DNA of 64,000 nucleotides from contig JBGANV010000003.1 in assembly GCA_044222185.1 (NCBI GenBank), positions 640,001 to 704,000 on the forward strand, given 5' to 3'. The notes below the pieces were generated by a model. It saw nothing but the letters and a program-made list of their open reading frames with translations. It did no database searches and was not told the DNA's origin. This document shows, one piece after another, positions 1 to 8,803 of this stretch. Position numbers and translations under genes: made by a program. The first letter of the stretch is position 1. Each line of letters opens with the position of its first letter. Origin of the DNA: Planctomycetota bacterium. Lineage in GTDB: Bacteria; Planctomycetota; GCA-002687715; CAIWVZ01.

Positions 1-242
1 GCCGCAGGCCCGCGTCATTCATCGCGGCGGCGGCGCGTGGCCCCTTCGCACCCGTGTCCATCGTGGCCCACTGCCCGGTCCCGAAGAAAAGAGTCGGCGG
101 TCGATGCATTGAATAGACCTCAGGTCAGGTGGCCTTCGTGGCTCCATGTCCTTTGGCCCCCATTCAAACCTACCGCGGTCGGGATTGGATTGGAACGGTT
201 CGCTCCACTCGCAGAAATCACCCTGCCGGCGCCGTAATGCCG

Positions 243-1631
243 TTAACCTCCGCGCCGTCCATTCGGGCCCCACTTGCGTGTCGGGATGAAGGCTCGGCGC
301 GGGAAAGAGCGGCCAGGCCGCACCGGGTCGCGGGCGCGGACGATCCGAGCAAGAAGGCGATCGAGGAGCCGGGCAGCGTCTTCGTGGGATCGGGTGAGGA
401 GCAGGCGAACGACGTAGGCAGCGAACCCAAGACACGCGGATTTCGGCGACAGTGCGGAGTAAGGCACTCCCGTGCTTCGTGCGGCGACCGCCATCGTGGA
501 GCGAGCGATAGCCACGAACAGAGCGAGCGTCTGGATTTCCTGGTTCACGCCCTCGACGGACTCCGAGTGGAACTGGCCCTGGCCCAAGTACACGCCCTTC
601 TCGAGCTTGTAGAACGTCTCGATGTTCCAGCGCATCCGATAGAGATTCGCGATATCGGAGCGCGCGATCTCGTCCCTGTCGTGGAACGACGTGAGGAGCA
701 CGGTGCGCTCGCCCTTCGGAGGGCGGACCATGACCGCTCGCACCCGCATTGGAGCACAGTCGTGCAATGGCCCACGCGGAGGCGCGATCGACAGCAGGCG
801 ATCCTTCGCACCACTCGCTGCGAAATCGGTCACGGCTTGGAAGGTGCTTTGCGCAGGGACGCGCATCACGAAGTCGATCCCTGCGTCGGCAAGCATGAGC
901 ATGACTTTGAAGGACGGGTAGCCGCGGTCCAAGACGAGTACGTTGCCGGGTCGCACGCGGCCCAAAAGGTCGTAGAGCTGCGCGCGCTCGGCGTCGTCGA
1001 CCGGCCCGACCACGACGTCGCGCGGCATCTTGCTGACGAGCTTGAAAAGGGTGCTGACGAGCGTCTGTGGGCAGTACGCACCCTTCGGTACCCCGAACTT
1101 CGCCTGCAGTTCGGGCGCGCGCCGCAGGTTCATCTTGGTTCCATCGACAGCAAAGACCCGACGGCCGAACCAACGGTGCTCGGTGCCGAACTCGTCGTCG
1201 AACGCGTCTGCCGCCTGATGGACGAGTCCGCGGACAGCCGCGGCCGGCAGCTTCCGACGGGCCTTGGTGAAGGCGGCAGCGGAGACCGGGGACCTCGTGC
1301 GAAGTTTGAGGCCGAGGGAGGTCGCCTCGTCCCAAAACGCATCGAGCAGATGCCGGTAGCCGGAGCGGTTCCCGTCGGCCACCATGTAGAGGAGGAGCGT
1401 GACGAGCGCCTGCACCCTGAGGGGGCCGCGGCGTGTGAACGCGCCTCGCAGTCCGCAGGCATCGCAGGCATCGCAGGCATCGCAGGCATCGCAGGCATCG
1501 CAGGCATCGCAGGCATCGCAGGCATCGCAGGCATCGCAGGACTTGCGAACGATCCTCGCGCTGGAACGAACGATTCTGCTGAAGAAACTCTTGGTCGGCA
1601 GCGCGAGGCGTCGTCAGCTGTGTCGACGCAT
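243..1631 (-). CDS. IS4-family DDE transposase; in-frame TGA at codon 6 (possible pseudogene or internal restart)
   Basis: Motifs FAVDGT, VLDRGYPS and LYRMRWNIETFYKLEK (IS4 Y-2-R-3-E-6-K signature). The frame of ORF 243-1415 extends upstream to an ATG at 1631 with a GGAGG RBS, interrupted by TGA at 1614-1616. Confidence 0.85.
1455..1540. repeat. 9-bp tandem repeat (GCAGGCATC) x9.5, encoding (Cys-Asp-Ala)n in the transposase frame
   Basis: Nine perfect copies at 1455-1535, then GCAGG. Confidence 0.97.
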
Positions 1632-1893
1632 GCGCGGACCCTCCGTTTGATTGGGGGTCTAGTGAGCGGGCAAGGCTCACCTGGCATACCGCGCAACGAA
1701 GCTCCGGCCCGTCATGCGCAGCCGCCGCAGCTTCTCGCAGCCAGCGCCAGAATCTTCTTTCACCAGTCGAACCGGACGACCGCTGCGGGGCCGCGCTCGT
1801 TCGCGACGGCGGAACGGTCCGAACCCGCCGAGATCGCCAGCCCCGATCGCGCGGCGAGGCCCCCGCCGCACGCCGCGAAGGTTAACGGCATTG

Positions 1894-2759
1894 CGTAGAG
1901 GGGGCGCCCAATTCCTGAATAAGGAAAAACCCCATGCAGCCTGCATATCGGGTTGTAATTGGCGCCCGCGTAGAGGGGGCGCCCAATCCAGACGAGGAAA
2001 AACCACATGTCAAATCCGTTCGGAGTTGTAATTGGCGCCCGCGTAGAGGGGGCGCCCAATCTGGGCTTCGTGATCTGGTGGATCAAAGGCCAAGTTGTAA
2101 TTGGCGCCCGCGTAGAGGGGGCGCCCAATCCACAAGGAGGTCCCGATATGTCGTCCCAGCTCGTTGTAATTGGCGCCCGCGTAGAGGGGGCGCCCAATGT
2201 TCTTTCTCTTTTTTGAGCACTCCAAGGAGGAGTGTTGTAATTGGCGCCCGCGTAGAGGGGGCGCCCAATAATAGGAGAATCACTTGGCTATTTACGTACC
2301 AAGTTGTAATTGGCGCCCGCGTAGAGGGGGCGCCCAATAAAGAAAGGTCCGACATGCGAGTTTATTGTTTGATCGTTGTAATTGGCGCCCGCGTAGAGGG
2401 GGCGCCCAATAAGGAGACCCGCAATGGGTATCAGTTTCGTCGCAGTTCGTTGTAATTGGCGCCCGCGTAGAGGGGGCGCCCAATCGCTCCACATCGGAGC
2501 CAATGAAACAAAGGAAGTTGTAATTGGCGCCCGCGTAGAGGGGGCGCCCAATTTCAGTTAAGGAAAGAAATAGCCATGGCATATAAGGTTGTAATTGGCG
2601 CCCGCGTAGAGGGGGCGCCCAATTTATGGAGATAGACGACCAAGAACTGCTTTCAGTTGTAATTGGCGCCCGCGTAGAGGGGGCGCCCAATTCGCAGCGG
2701 AGAAATCTCCGATGTTCAAGTTCGTTGTAATTGGCGCCCGCGTAGAGGGGGCGCCCAAT
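1894..2759 (-). CRISPR. CRISPR array: 12 full identical 36-bp repeats, 1 truncated repeat, 12 spacers (32-39 bp)
   Basis: Repeat GTTGTAATTGGCGCCCGCGTAGAGGGGGCGCCCAAT (+) starts at 1952, 2025, 2094, 2163, 2234, 2303, 2375, 2449, 2517, 2588, 2656 and 2724; half repeat at 1894-1912. The - strand form has a GGCGCCC/GGGCGCC stem followed by the 3' end ATTACAAC (8-nt handle-like). It is co-oriented with the cas genes and its leader side faces cas2. Confidence 0.98.
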
Positions 2760-3027
2760 GGTCTCCTCGATCGGTTCGAGGAAATCGATGGCGTAACTTG
2801 CTTTGCCGAGGCGTGATAGGTCCCGGAACAGTCTATTCGGATTTCAAATACGGGACGGACCGCACCCTCGCGCACATTGTGCGTTTCCGGCCTGCGTTTG
2901 CCGAGGTCGAGCGCATGTCGCGCTCCCGGCGCTCGTCCGCACAGGCTGGGAGGTCGGATCCGGCGACGCCCCCGATGCCGGGAGACGTCGCGGACATGTG
3001 TCGACGAAGCATAGATCTGCGATCGGA
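2760..3027 (-). promoter_or_regulatory. Putative CRISPR leader
   Basis: Non-coding gap between the cas2 stop and the first repeat, with a small hairpin (CCTCGA-TCGGT-TCGAGG) next to the repeat. Assigned by position. Confidence 0.65.
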
Positions 3028-3303
3028 TCATTGCAACACCATCACCGCCGGCCAACGATCCGGCGGCTCTTGCCACGATAGGCGACGACGCCGGTCCCGT
3101 TCGTCAATCGGGAATAGCGCGAAGCGATCCTTCGCGGAAAGCCGCGATCCGACGTCGCGCTTGAACTTCGCCATGTCCTCCGGGTCGAGATTGACCTCGA
3201 ATACGGACTCCTGAACCCTGGCGCCGTACCGGAGAAGTACGCGTGCGAGCTTCGCGCGCCGACGGTTGTCGCTGACGTCGTAGGTTGCCACATAAAGGCT
3301 CAT
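3028..3303 (-). CDS. cas2: CRISPR-associated endonuclease Cas2
   Basis: MSLYVATYDVSDNRRRAKLARVLLRYGARVQESVFE is a canonical Cas2 N-terminus; 91 aa; ATGA overlap with the upstream cas1 fusion. Confidence 0.97.
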   Translation of the reverse strand: MSLYVATYDVSDNRRRAKLARVLLRYGARVQESVFEVNLDPEDMAKFKRDVGSRLSAKDRFALFPIDERDRRRRLSWQEPPDRWPAVMVLQ

Positions 3304-6173
3304 GGATGTTCGAACGTCCAGAAGACTGGCTCGCGGACGCAGAGGGCGCGGCGGATTGCCCGCGCCATGGCGGTCATGTGGTGCCGGTACGTCCGCGCTT
3401 CGACGCGTTCCTTCGCGCCACACACGATCGCGAACGTCGTCTGCACGTGGAGCATGAATCGCTGGATGGCATCCGGCTTCAGGTGCATGGGGAGTCCAAC
3501 GTCTTGGGTGGCCTGGAAGTCGCGGGGGCGGAGCTCGCGTGCCGCCGTCAGCACGACGCGATCCATCAGATGCCTGAAACACTCCTGGATGTCCGAGGCC
3601 AGGGCGGCGTGTCCGGCATGAGGTCGATGCAGAAGACCGATCGCCGGCGCCAGGCCTTCTTGCTGAAGGACGGCGACCAGCAGCTTGTGCAGCGAGGTTT
3701 GCGCCAAGTTTATCATCGCATTGACGGGATCGTGGGCCGCTGGCGCCTCCCGACGTCGGAACTTGAACCATGCGGGGAGCCGCGTGCCGAAGTCGCTCCA
3801 CCACGCGGCTGCGCCGGACCCTTCGAACCCGAGCAGTTCGTCCAGACTCAGTGCTCCGCTGCATTTTTCGGCCAAGGCCCTGAGTGAAGCCGGCAGGGAC
3901 TTCGAACTCCGGTCGGTCAGCGTGACTTCGGCCAGGCTGGCGCAGTTGCGAAGCTTCGACGCGACGAACAGCTTGGCGCATGCAAGCCGGAACTTCTCGT
4001 CGGCGGCCGTCGCAACCTGTGCGTCGAGGACTTCGGCATCCAAGTCAGTGTCGCGGCCCGTCAGGATCCCCCACGGCGTGCCGGCCGCGGATGAGATGTG
4101 CACGGGAATGTCGCGGGTCAGAAGTCGCGCGACCGCAGATGCTCCGAGAGTGGTCGTCCCCAGTACTACGACTTCGCGGATGCGATCGATCGGCGCGCCA
4201 ACGACGTCGCGCCCACCACGATAGGTACAGACGAGGCGCCCGTTCCGTACGCGCAGCATCGAGGCGCCGGGTCCCACGATCACGGTGGCGCCCTGCGAGA
4301 CCGGCGGTTGCCCAAGCTCGCCGGGAAGGGGCGCGAGATCGGCGGGTGGACCGAAGTCCGGTTTCGCCTCATGCCATCCGAGGTCGTCAATCAACGAAGG
4401 CGTTCCGGTCGGTGACGACCGCCATCTGTCTTTGCGTTCGAAGCGGTACCCAAGGAAAGTGAACGGTTCGACGAGATCGAGTTGCTCGGTCTTGTCTCCG
4501 TTCAACGCGAGTGAGAGGTGAGCCGCGGCTTCGGTCGCGTCGGCAAAAACGGCATCCGCTTCGGCGCGGTCCTTGTAGAGAACGAGGAAATCGTCCGCGT
4601 ATCGCACCAACACGTGAGAGTGATGGGCAATTTCCTCGTCGAATGCGTCAAGGAAGAGGTTGGCGAGCATGGGCGAGACCGGGGCACCCGTCGGCACGCC
4701 GCGATCCGGCGCCGGCGCCCCTATTCGCACCCACTTCATCAGAGCGTCGGTTAGGACCTCATCGGCCACGAAACAGCGGATCTTCGCTTCGAGTACGTCG
4801 TGGGGAATCGAGTCGAAGAAGCGGCGGAAGTCCGCGCGGAGCGCATGCCGGTACCCCCGCTGGTAGAGGACCTGGATGCGGGCCGCAGCTCGCGATCGAC
4901 TCAATCCCCGCCGGTATGCGAACGACGACTCCTCGAAGATGAGATCAAGTGCCGGAGCGAGCCGATCCACGACAAGTCGCTGAAGTGCGCGATCCAAGCG
5001 CGGCGGTATTGCGAGGGTCCGATCGGCCCCGCGCCCCTTCGGGATCTTCATGATGAAAGGCCGGCCGGGCTCGTACTCCCCTCGCGCGAGCGCCAGCGCG
5101 CTGACCTTGACGATCCCGCTTTGCAACTTGAACTCGCTAGCGACACGGTCGAGTCCTGCGGAACCCAGCGACAGGTTCAGGAGGCTTGTCGAGCGTGCGC
5201 ACCGCGTGTCATCGGGCCCCAACTCGGTGATTCTGTATGACCCGAATCCGAAACGGGTGACCTCGCCGACACGTACGTATTGTCCGCGAACGAGGGCGTC
5301 GGCCGCGTGCGGTCCGACGCCGCCGAATCGAATTCGTCCGACCGCTCCGCTGATCTTGTTGGGACCCTCAGTGAACTTGCGTCGACCCTTCGTGCTTGGC
5401 CAGGCGACGTCCAGCCACATCAGCCGGTTTTCGGCGACGAAGAGGCTCGCTGAAGCGCGGGGATCCGCCTCGGGATTGGCGTGCCGCATTCCCAACTCCC
5501 GGAGGCGGTCGAACAGACGCGTGCAGAACACGTCGGGTTCGAACCCGTCACCGTCGAAGTAGTAGTGGTAATCCGCGCGCGTCTTTTCGGTGCGGCGCCA
5601 TTTCAGTGGGGTCAAGAATTCCAGGGTCAGAGTGTCGGCGCCCCGGAGCCGCAGGATTTCGGCCTCGAGCCGGTTTTCAGAGATGGCCTGTGGTGCAGTG
5701 CCCGGTTCCAGCACCTCGCCGGCAACCAGGTCCCGCACCTCAATCACGTCGAAGTTGCCTCCGAGCTTGGGCTGGTCTGTGGGCTGATCAACGCCGAGTC
5801 GGCGGAGTCCCTTGACGAGGCGCCAGACGAGTTCCCCAGCATCCTTGGCGGTCTCACCGAGGTAGCTGAATCCGAATGCGTACTCCTCATCGGGACCGAT
5901 CACCAGGCGACATTGCTCCGGAGCGTCGACCATGATGCCTTCGGGGATCTCTGGCTTGGTTCCAGCGCTCGCCGCGTTCGAGTTCGCCAGCAACGCATAC
6001 ACAACGGGAAGGTGGTGGTAATGAAGCTCAACTCGGCGCGTGACGCGAATCAGGATGCGGATGCGGAAGACGAGCGTCCGGGGACGAGCGCTGCGAGGAG
6101 GGCGGGCATCCTTCTGGTCGGCCGGTCGGACTGCTTGGGTCGAGCCGGCCTGGCTTGGCCGATCAACGTTCAC
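3300..6173 (-). CDS. cas1: Cas6-reverse transcriptase-Cas1 fusion
   Basis: Cas6 G-loop GQYVRVGEVTRFGFGSY. RT motifs ADFRRFFDSI, GVPTGAPVSPMLANLFLD and YADD (4590-4601). Cas1 motifs LLGFEG, DPVNAMIN and GLLH...ASDIQECFR. GTG start at 6173 overlaps the upstream stop (GTGA). Confidence 0.93.
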   Translation of the reverse strand: MNVDRPSQAGSTQAVRPADQKDARPPRSARPRTLVFRIRILIRVTRRVELHYHHLPVVYALLANSNAASAGTKPEIPEGIMVDAPEQCRLVIGPDEEYAFGFSYLGETAKDAGELVWRLVKGLRRLGVDQPTDQPKLGGNFDVIEVRDLVAGEVLEPGTAPQAISENRLEAEILRLRGADTLTLEFLTPLKWRRTEKTRADYHYYFDGDGFEPDVFCTRLFDRLRELGMRHANPEADPRASASLFVAENRLMWLDVAWPSTKGRRKFTEGPNKISGAVGRIRFGGVGPHAADALVRGQYVRVGEVTRFGFGSYRITELGPDDTRCARSTSLLNLSLGSAGLDRVASEFKLQSGIVKVSALALARGEYEPGRPFIMKIPKGRGADRTLAIPPRLDRALQRLVVDRLAPALDLIFEESSFAYRRGLSRSRAAARIQVLYQRGYRHALRADFRRFFDSIPHDVLEAKIRCFVADEVLTDALMKWVRIGAPAPDRGVPTGAPVSPMLANLFLDAFDEEIAHHSHVLVRYADDFLVLYKDRAEADAVFADATEAAAHLSLALNGDKTEQLDLVEPFTFLGYRFERKDRWRSSPTGTPSLIDDLGWHEAKPDFGPPADLAPLPGELGQPPVSQGATVIVGPGASMLRVRNGRLVCTYRGGRDVVGAPIDRIREVVVLGTTTLGASAVARLLTRDIPVHISSAAGTPWGILTGRDTDLDAEVLDAQVATAADEKFRLACAKLFVASKLRNCASLAEVTLTDRSSKSLPASLRALAEKCSGALSLDELLGFEGSGAAAWWSDFGTRLPAWFKFRRREAPAAHDPVNAMINLAQTSLHKLLVAVLQQEGLAPAIGLLHRPHAGHAALASDIQECFRHLMDRVVLTAARELRPRDFQATQDVGLPMHLKPDAIQRFMLHVQTTFAIVCGAKERVEARTYRHHMTAMARAIRRALCVREPVFWTFEHP

Positions 6174-8803
6174 TTCGGTCCTCTTCGTGGATCCTTTGGC
6201 AGTCGCGACCCGGGCTCCTGGATCTCCCTGACCGGGTCGGGGAGAAGGTGGCCGCCGCTCTTCCTGTTGCTGACGAACCACTGGTAGCGCTCGTGATCCG
6301 GCTTGTTCCCCACTGGATTGGGAGGGTAGTCCGGCTTGGGCTCAGAGCTGACGTCCGCGCACATGAACTTCAACTCGTCGAGCATGGTTTTCACCCACTT
6401 CTCCTTCGTCGCGGCGTCGCCGAGGTGGGAAAGGAAATCCCGAATCGAATCGCTCGCGGTCAAGTTTCGTCGGGCAGGATCGGTCAAGGTCCGGCAACGA
6501 TGGTCCTTGTTCTTGCTCGGTTCGCTCAAGTCATCCACGACCAAGTTGGTCACCGCGATCGTGGCGCAGCCGAGGCCGAGAGGTTTACCGCGTCCCAGGC
6601 CGTGCAACCCCGATGGCGACAGCTTCCCGTCTTCGTCGGGCTCAAGCTGCAGCGTAAGCGATGTCAAAAGCGCCCCAAGCTCGAGCTTGGTGAGGTTGTC
6701 GAAGTCGACGCGGAATGTGAATTGAAGGCCCGAAGGAAGCGGCGTGATGGTCTGGTTCTGCGGCCCTTTTTCCTCATGCCTGGAAACGCGATCGGGTCGA
6801 CGTGACTGGTGAGGTCCAGCCACGCGCCGGTACATCTTCCGTCCGCTGAGCGAGGCTTCCTCGACGCGATAGTGCGGAATCGTTGACGCCCGGGCGTCCT
6901 TGAGTATTGGCGGCCATCGTGTTTCTTTCGCCGTCTCGTACGCAGGTGGCCCGACGGGCCTGAGATAGAACGCCGTCGTGGTCGGTCGCGGCGCGCCAAG
7001 GATCGGCAGAGTCCGCCACGCGATGTGACCGTCAGCCTTTGCCCAATTCGTGCTTCCGCTCGCATTCAGCATTCCGTGACTGAACCGCAGGTGGCCGGCA
7101 CTCGCTTGGCGAGACTTGTCTGAGTCCCCTTCCTGTTTCACCCATCCGAAAACGCGACAGGCCGGACACTGCCTGTCGATCGACCTGCACGGGTGCATTT
7201 CCTTACAGAGCAACTCGCCTCGTGTATTCGGGTAGGCCAGTCGGGGAAGTGCCACTGGGTAGAGACCGACAACTTTGTCACCGCGTAGCAAGGCGTAGAA
7301 CACGCTTCCCCTCTTGGGGAGAGATGGGCCGCTATCCCTACCATCCAAGAAATCGCTCGGGTAAGGAGCGTCAGGCGACGGGCTGAGGACACGAGGTGTC
7401 GGAGGGAGTGACTCGTCATATAGCGCGCGACGATGTCGATCGAAATAGCGGGTGAGTGAGCTTTTCAGGAGTTTGACGACCTCGGCATTTGCGTCGAGCC
7501 TCACCCGTGGTCTGATTGCCGTGACCGATTCAAACCAGAAGCTCTTGAGCCGCTCGTCGAAGTTCTTAAGCGAATCGGGCGCGTTGAACGGTGCCGACGC
7601 ATCGAAGAAGAGGCGCTCGTCGTGCTTCTTTTCAATGTTCGGGCCGGTCCGGTGGAGGTAGCCGAAGACGATCCACTCGTCCGCGTTGCACAGCGGTGGA
7701 GTGATGCTCTGATCACTGTCGGGCAGTGGCATGACTGCGTGTGCCCGTCGGTAGCAATACCGAAGCTTGCCGTCCGCGCCATATCTTCTGTCCGCTGTCC
7801 GTTTGATCGTCGCGACAACCGGCGCACCGTCCGGGATCGTTGGCACGTGCGCGACGATTCCCGTTGCGCTCCCGTTGTGTGCCTGGTGCTTGTGGCCGAC
7901 GCGAACTGCCCCGGCGTAGGCTGGCACGAACGCCGCTCGCAACGTCTGAGGATCATCGCCTTGCGCGCGCCCATCCAACTGTTCAAGGACGATCGAGCCA
8001 TCGTTTATGACGTCCACGACTCGCACGGGGACGTAACTCGGCCTATCGGCACTCTGCGCGCCCCCCCCCCGATGCGCTGGGTCAAAGCCAACCCGGATGT
8101 CCAGCCCGCCGTCATCGAACTGGGAGAAGCATGAGGCCGTGAGCGTCTCGAAAATCGACCGGACCATCCCGCGCAGCGAGGAGGCCGGGACGGCCGGCGT
8201 GGTGCGATCGCGGACGATGTCGTCGAGCGCCCCCGGCCTCCACTCAGGAACGTCATCGAGGGTGAACCACCCGGCGGACTTGTGGCCGTTCGCGCCTTTG
8301 TTCGCCTTCCGGGCGTCGGGGATGAACCACTCGCTCCGCGTCGTGAGGCGGCACTCGACGAAGCCGGTGAGGCGATCGGCGTGAAACCGGTCGTGGCTGG
8401 CTGGCGCGGAGCGCCCAAACAACTCGTCCGTCGCAAGTTGCCCGAGCCCCTCTCGAGGAACGCCGACGAAGTTGTACGCGTGGATGAAGCGGGTCGCGTC
8501 GGGCAACGGAGTCAGCGTCCGAATTGGTCGAGAATCCGCCGGGATTGACGACGGTTCGGCCTCTGCCGGATCAGCCAATCGCTGAACAGCGACCAACGTC
8601 GGTTCGCCGCCTTCGACGTCCACGGTGAACATCGCTTCGAGCATTGGTGGCACTTGGGCGATGAGGTGCGTCGGCACGCAGACCTCCCATTCGTCCGCGT
8701 TGCTCGGAACAGACGTCTGCCCCGCCATCTGCTCGATCACGATTCGGATCGAGCCTCGACCTTGACTGATCCGCTTCACTTTCCCACGAAACGGTTGAGT
8801 CAT
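6170..8803 (-). CDS. cas7: Type III-D Cas7 with large insertion (TIGR03986-like RAMP)
   Basis: HAYNFV, PAVPASSLRGMVRSIFETLT, CPACRVFGWV, GRKMY, FRVDFDNLTKLELGALL and the G-loop GLGRGKPLGLG. ATG at 8803 overlaps the csx19 stop. Confidence 0.92.
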   Translation of the reverse strand: MTQPFRGKVKRISQGRGSIRIVIEQMAGQTSVPSNADEWEVCVPTHLIAQVPPMLEAMFTVDVEGGEPTLVAVQRLADPAEAEPSSIPADSRPIRTLTPLPDATRFIHAYNFVGVPREGLGQLATDELFGRSAPASHDRFHADRLTGFVECRLTTRSEWFIPDARKANKGANGHKSAGWFTLDDVPEWRPGALDDIVRDRTTPAVPASSLRGMVRSIFETLTASCFSQFDDGGLDIRVGFDPAHRGGGAQSADRPSYVPVRVVDVINDGSIVLEQLDGRAQGDDPQTLRAAFVPAYAGAVRVGHKHQAHNGSATGIVAHVPTIPDGAPVVATIKRTADRRYGADGKLRYCYRRAHAVMPLPDSDQSITPPLCNADEWIVFGYLHRTGPNIEKKHDERLFFDASAPFNAPDSLKNFDERLKSFWFESVTAIRPRVRLDANAEVVKLLKSSLTRYFDRHRRALYDESLPPTPRVLSPSPDAPYPSDFLDGRDSGPSLPKRGSVFYALLRGDKVVGLYPVALPRLAYPNTRGELLCKEMHPCRSIDRQCPACRVFGWVKQEGDSDKSRQASAGHLRFSHGMLNASGSTNWAKADGHIAWRTLPILGAPRPTTTAFYLRPVGPPAYETAKETRWPPILKDARASTIPHYRVEEASLSGRKMYRRVAGPHQSRRPDRVSRHEEKGPQNQTITPLPSGLQFTFRVDFDNLTKLELGALLTSLTLQLEPDEDGKLSPSGLHGLGRGKPLGLGCATIAVTNLVVDDLSEPSKNKDHRCRTLTDPARRNLTASDSIRDFLSHLGDAATKEKWVKTMLDELKFMCADVSSEPKPDYPPNPVGNKPDHERYQWFVSNRKSGGHLLPDPVREIQEPGSRLPKDPRRGPK

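Larger units (their letters stand above)
235..1893 (-). mobile_element. IS4-family insertion sequence
   Basis: Terminal inverted repeats TAATGCCGTTAACCTCCGCG (from 235) and, as reverse complement, CAATGCCGTTAACCTTCGCG (ending 1893) resemble IS4 ends (TAATGCCG...). They enclose a DDE transposase. No target-site duplication is visible. Confidence 0.9.

Noticed and set aside
19-1898. Long ORFs 19-1680 (-), 129-1898 (+) and 1130-1696 (-) with LRC/GIA/PAM repeats
   Set aside because: Alternative frames of the IS4 transposase and its 9-bp repeat.
1760-2690. Many short ORFs across the CRISPR array
   Set aside because: Translations of repeats and spacers; not annotated as genes (the + strand possibility is kept only as a hypothesis).
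1913-2723. Self-targeting of genes in this window by spacers
   Set aside because: No spacer matched a gene start here by eye; the rest of the genome cannot be seen.
3304-3981. Apparent 317-aa extended Cas2
   Set aside because: The extension overlaps cas1 in another frame; the real start is ATG 3303.
3300-6173. Group II intron or retron interpretation of the RT
   Set aside because: The RT is flanked in frame by Cas6 and Cas1 domains; no intron or msr-msd features were seen.
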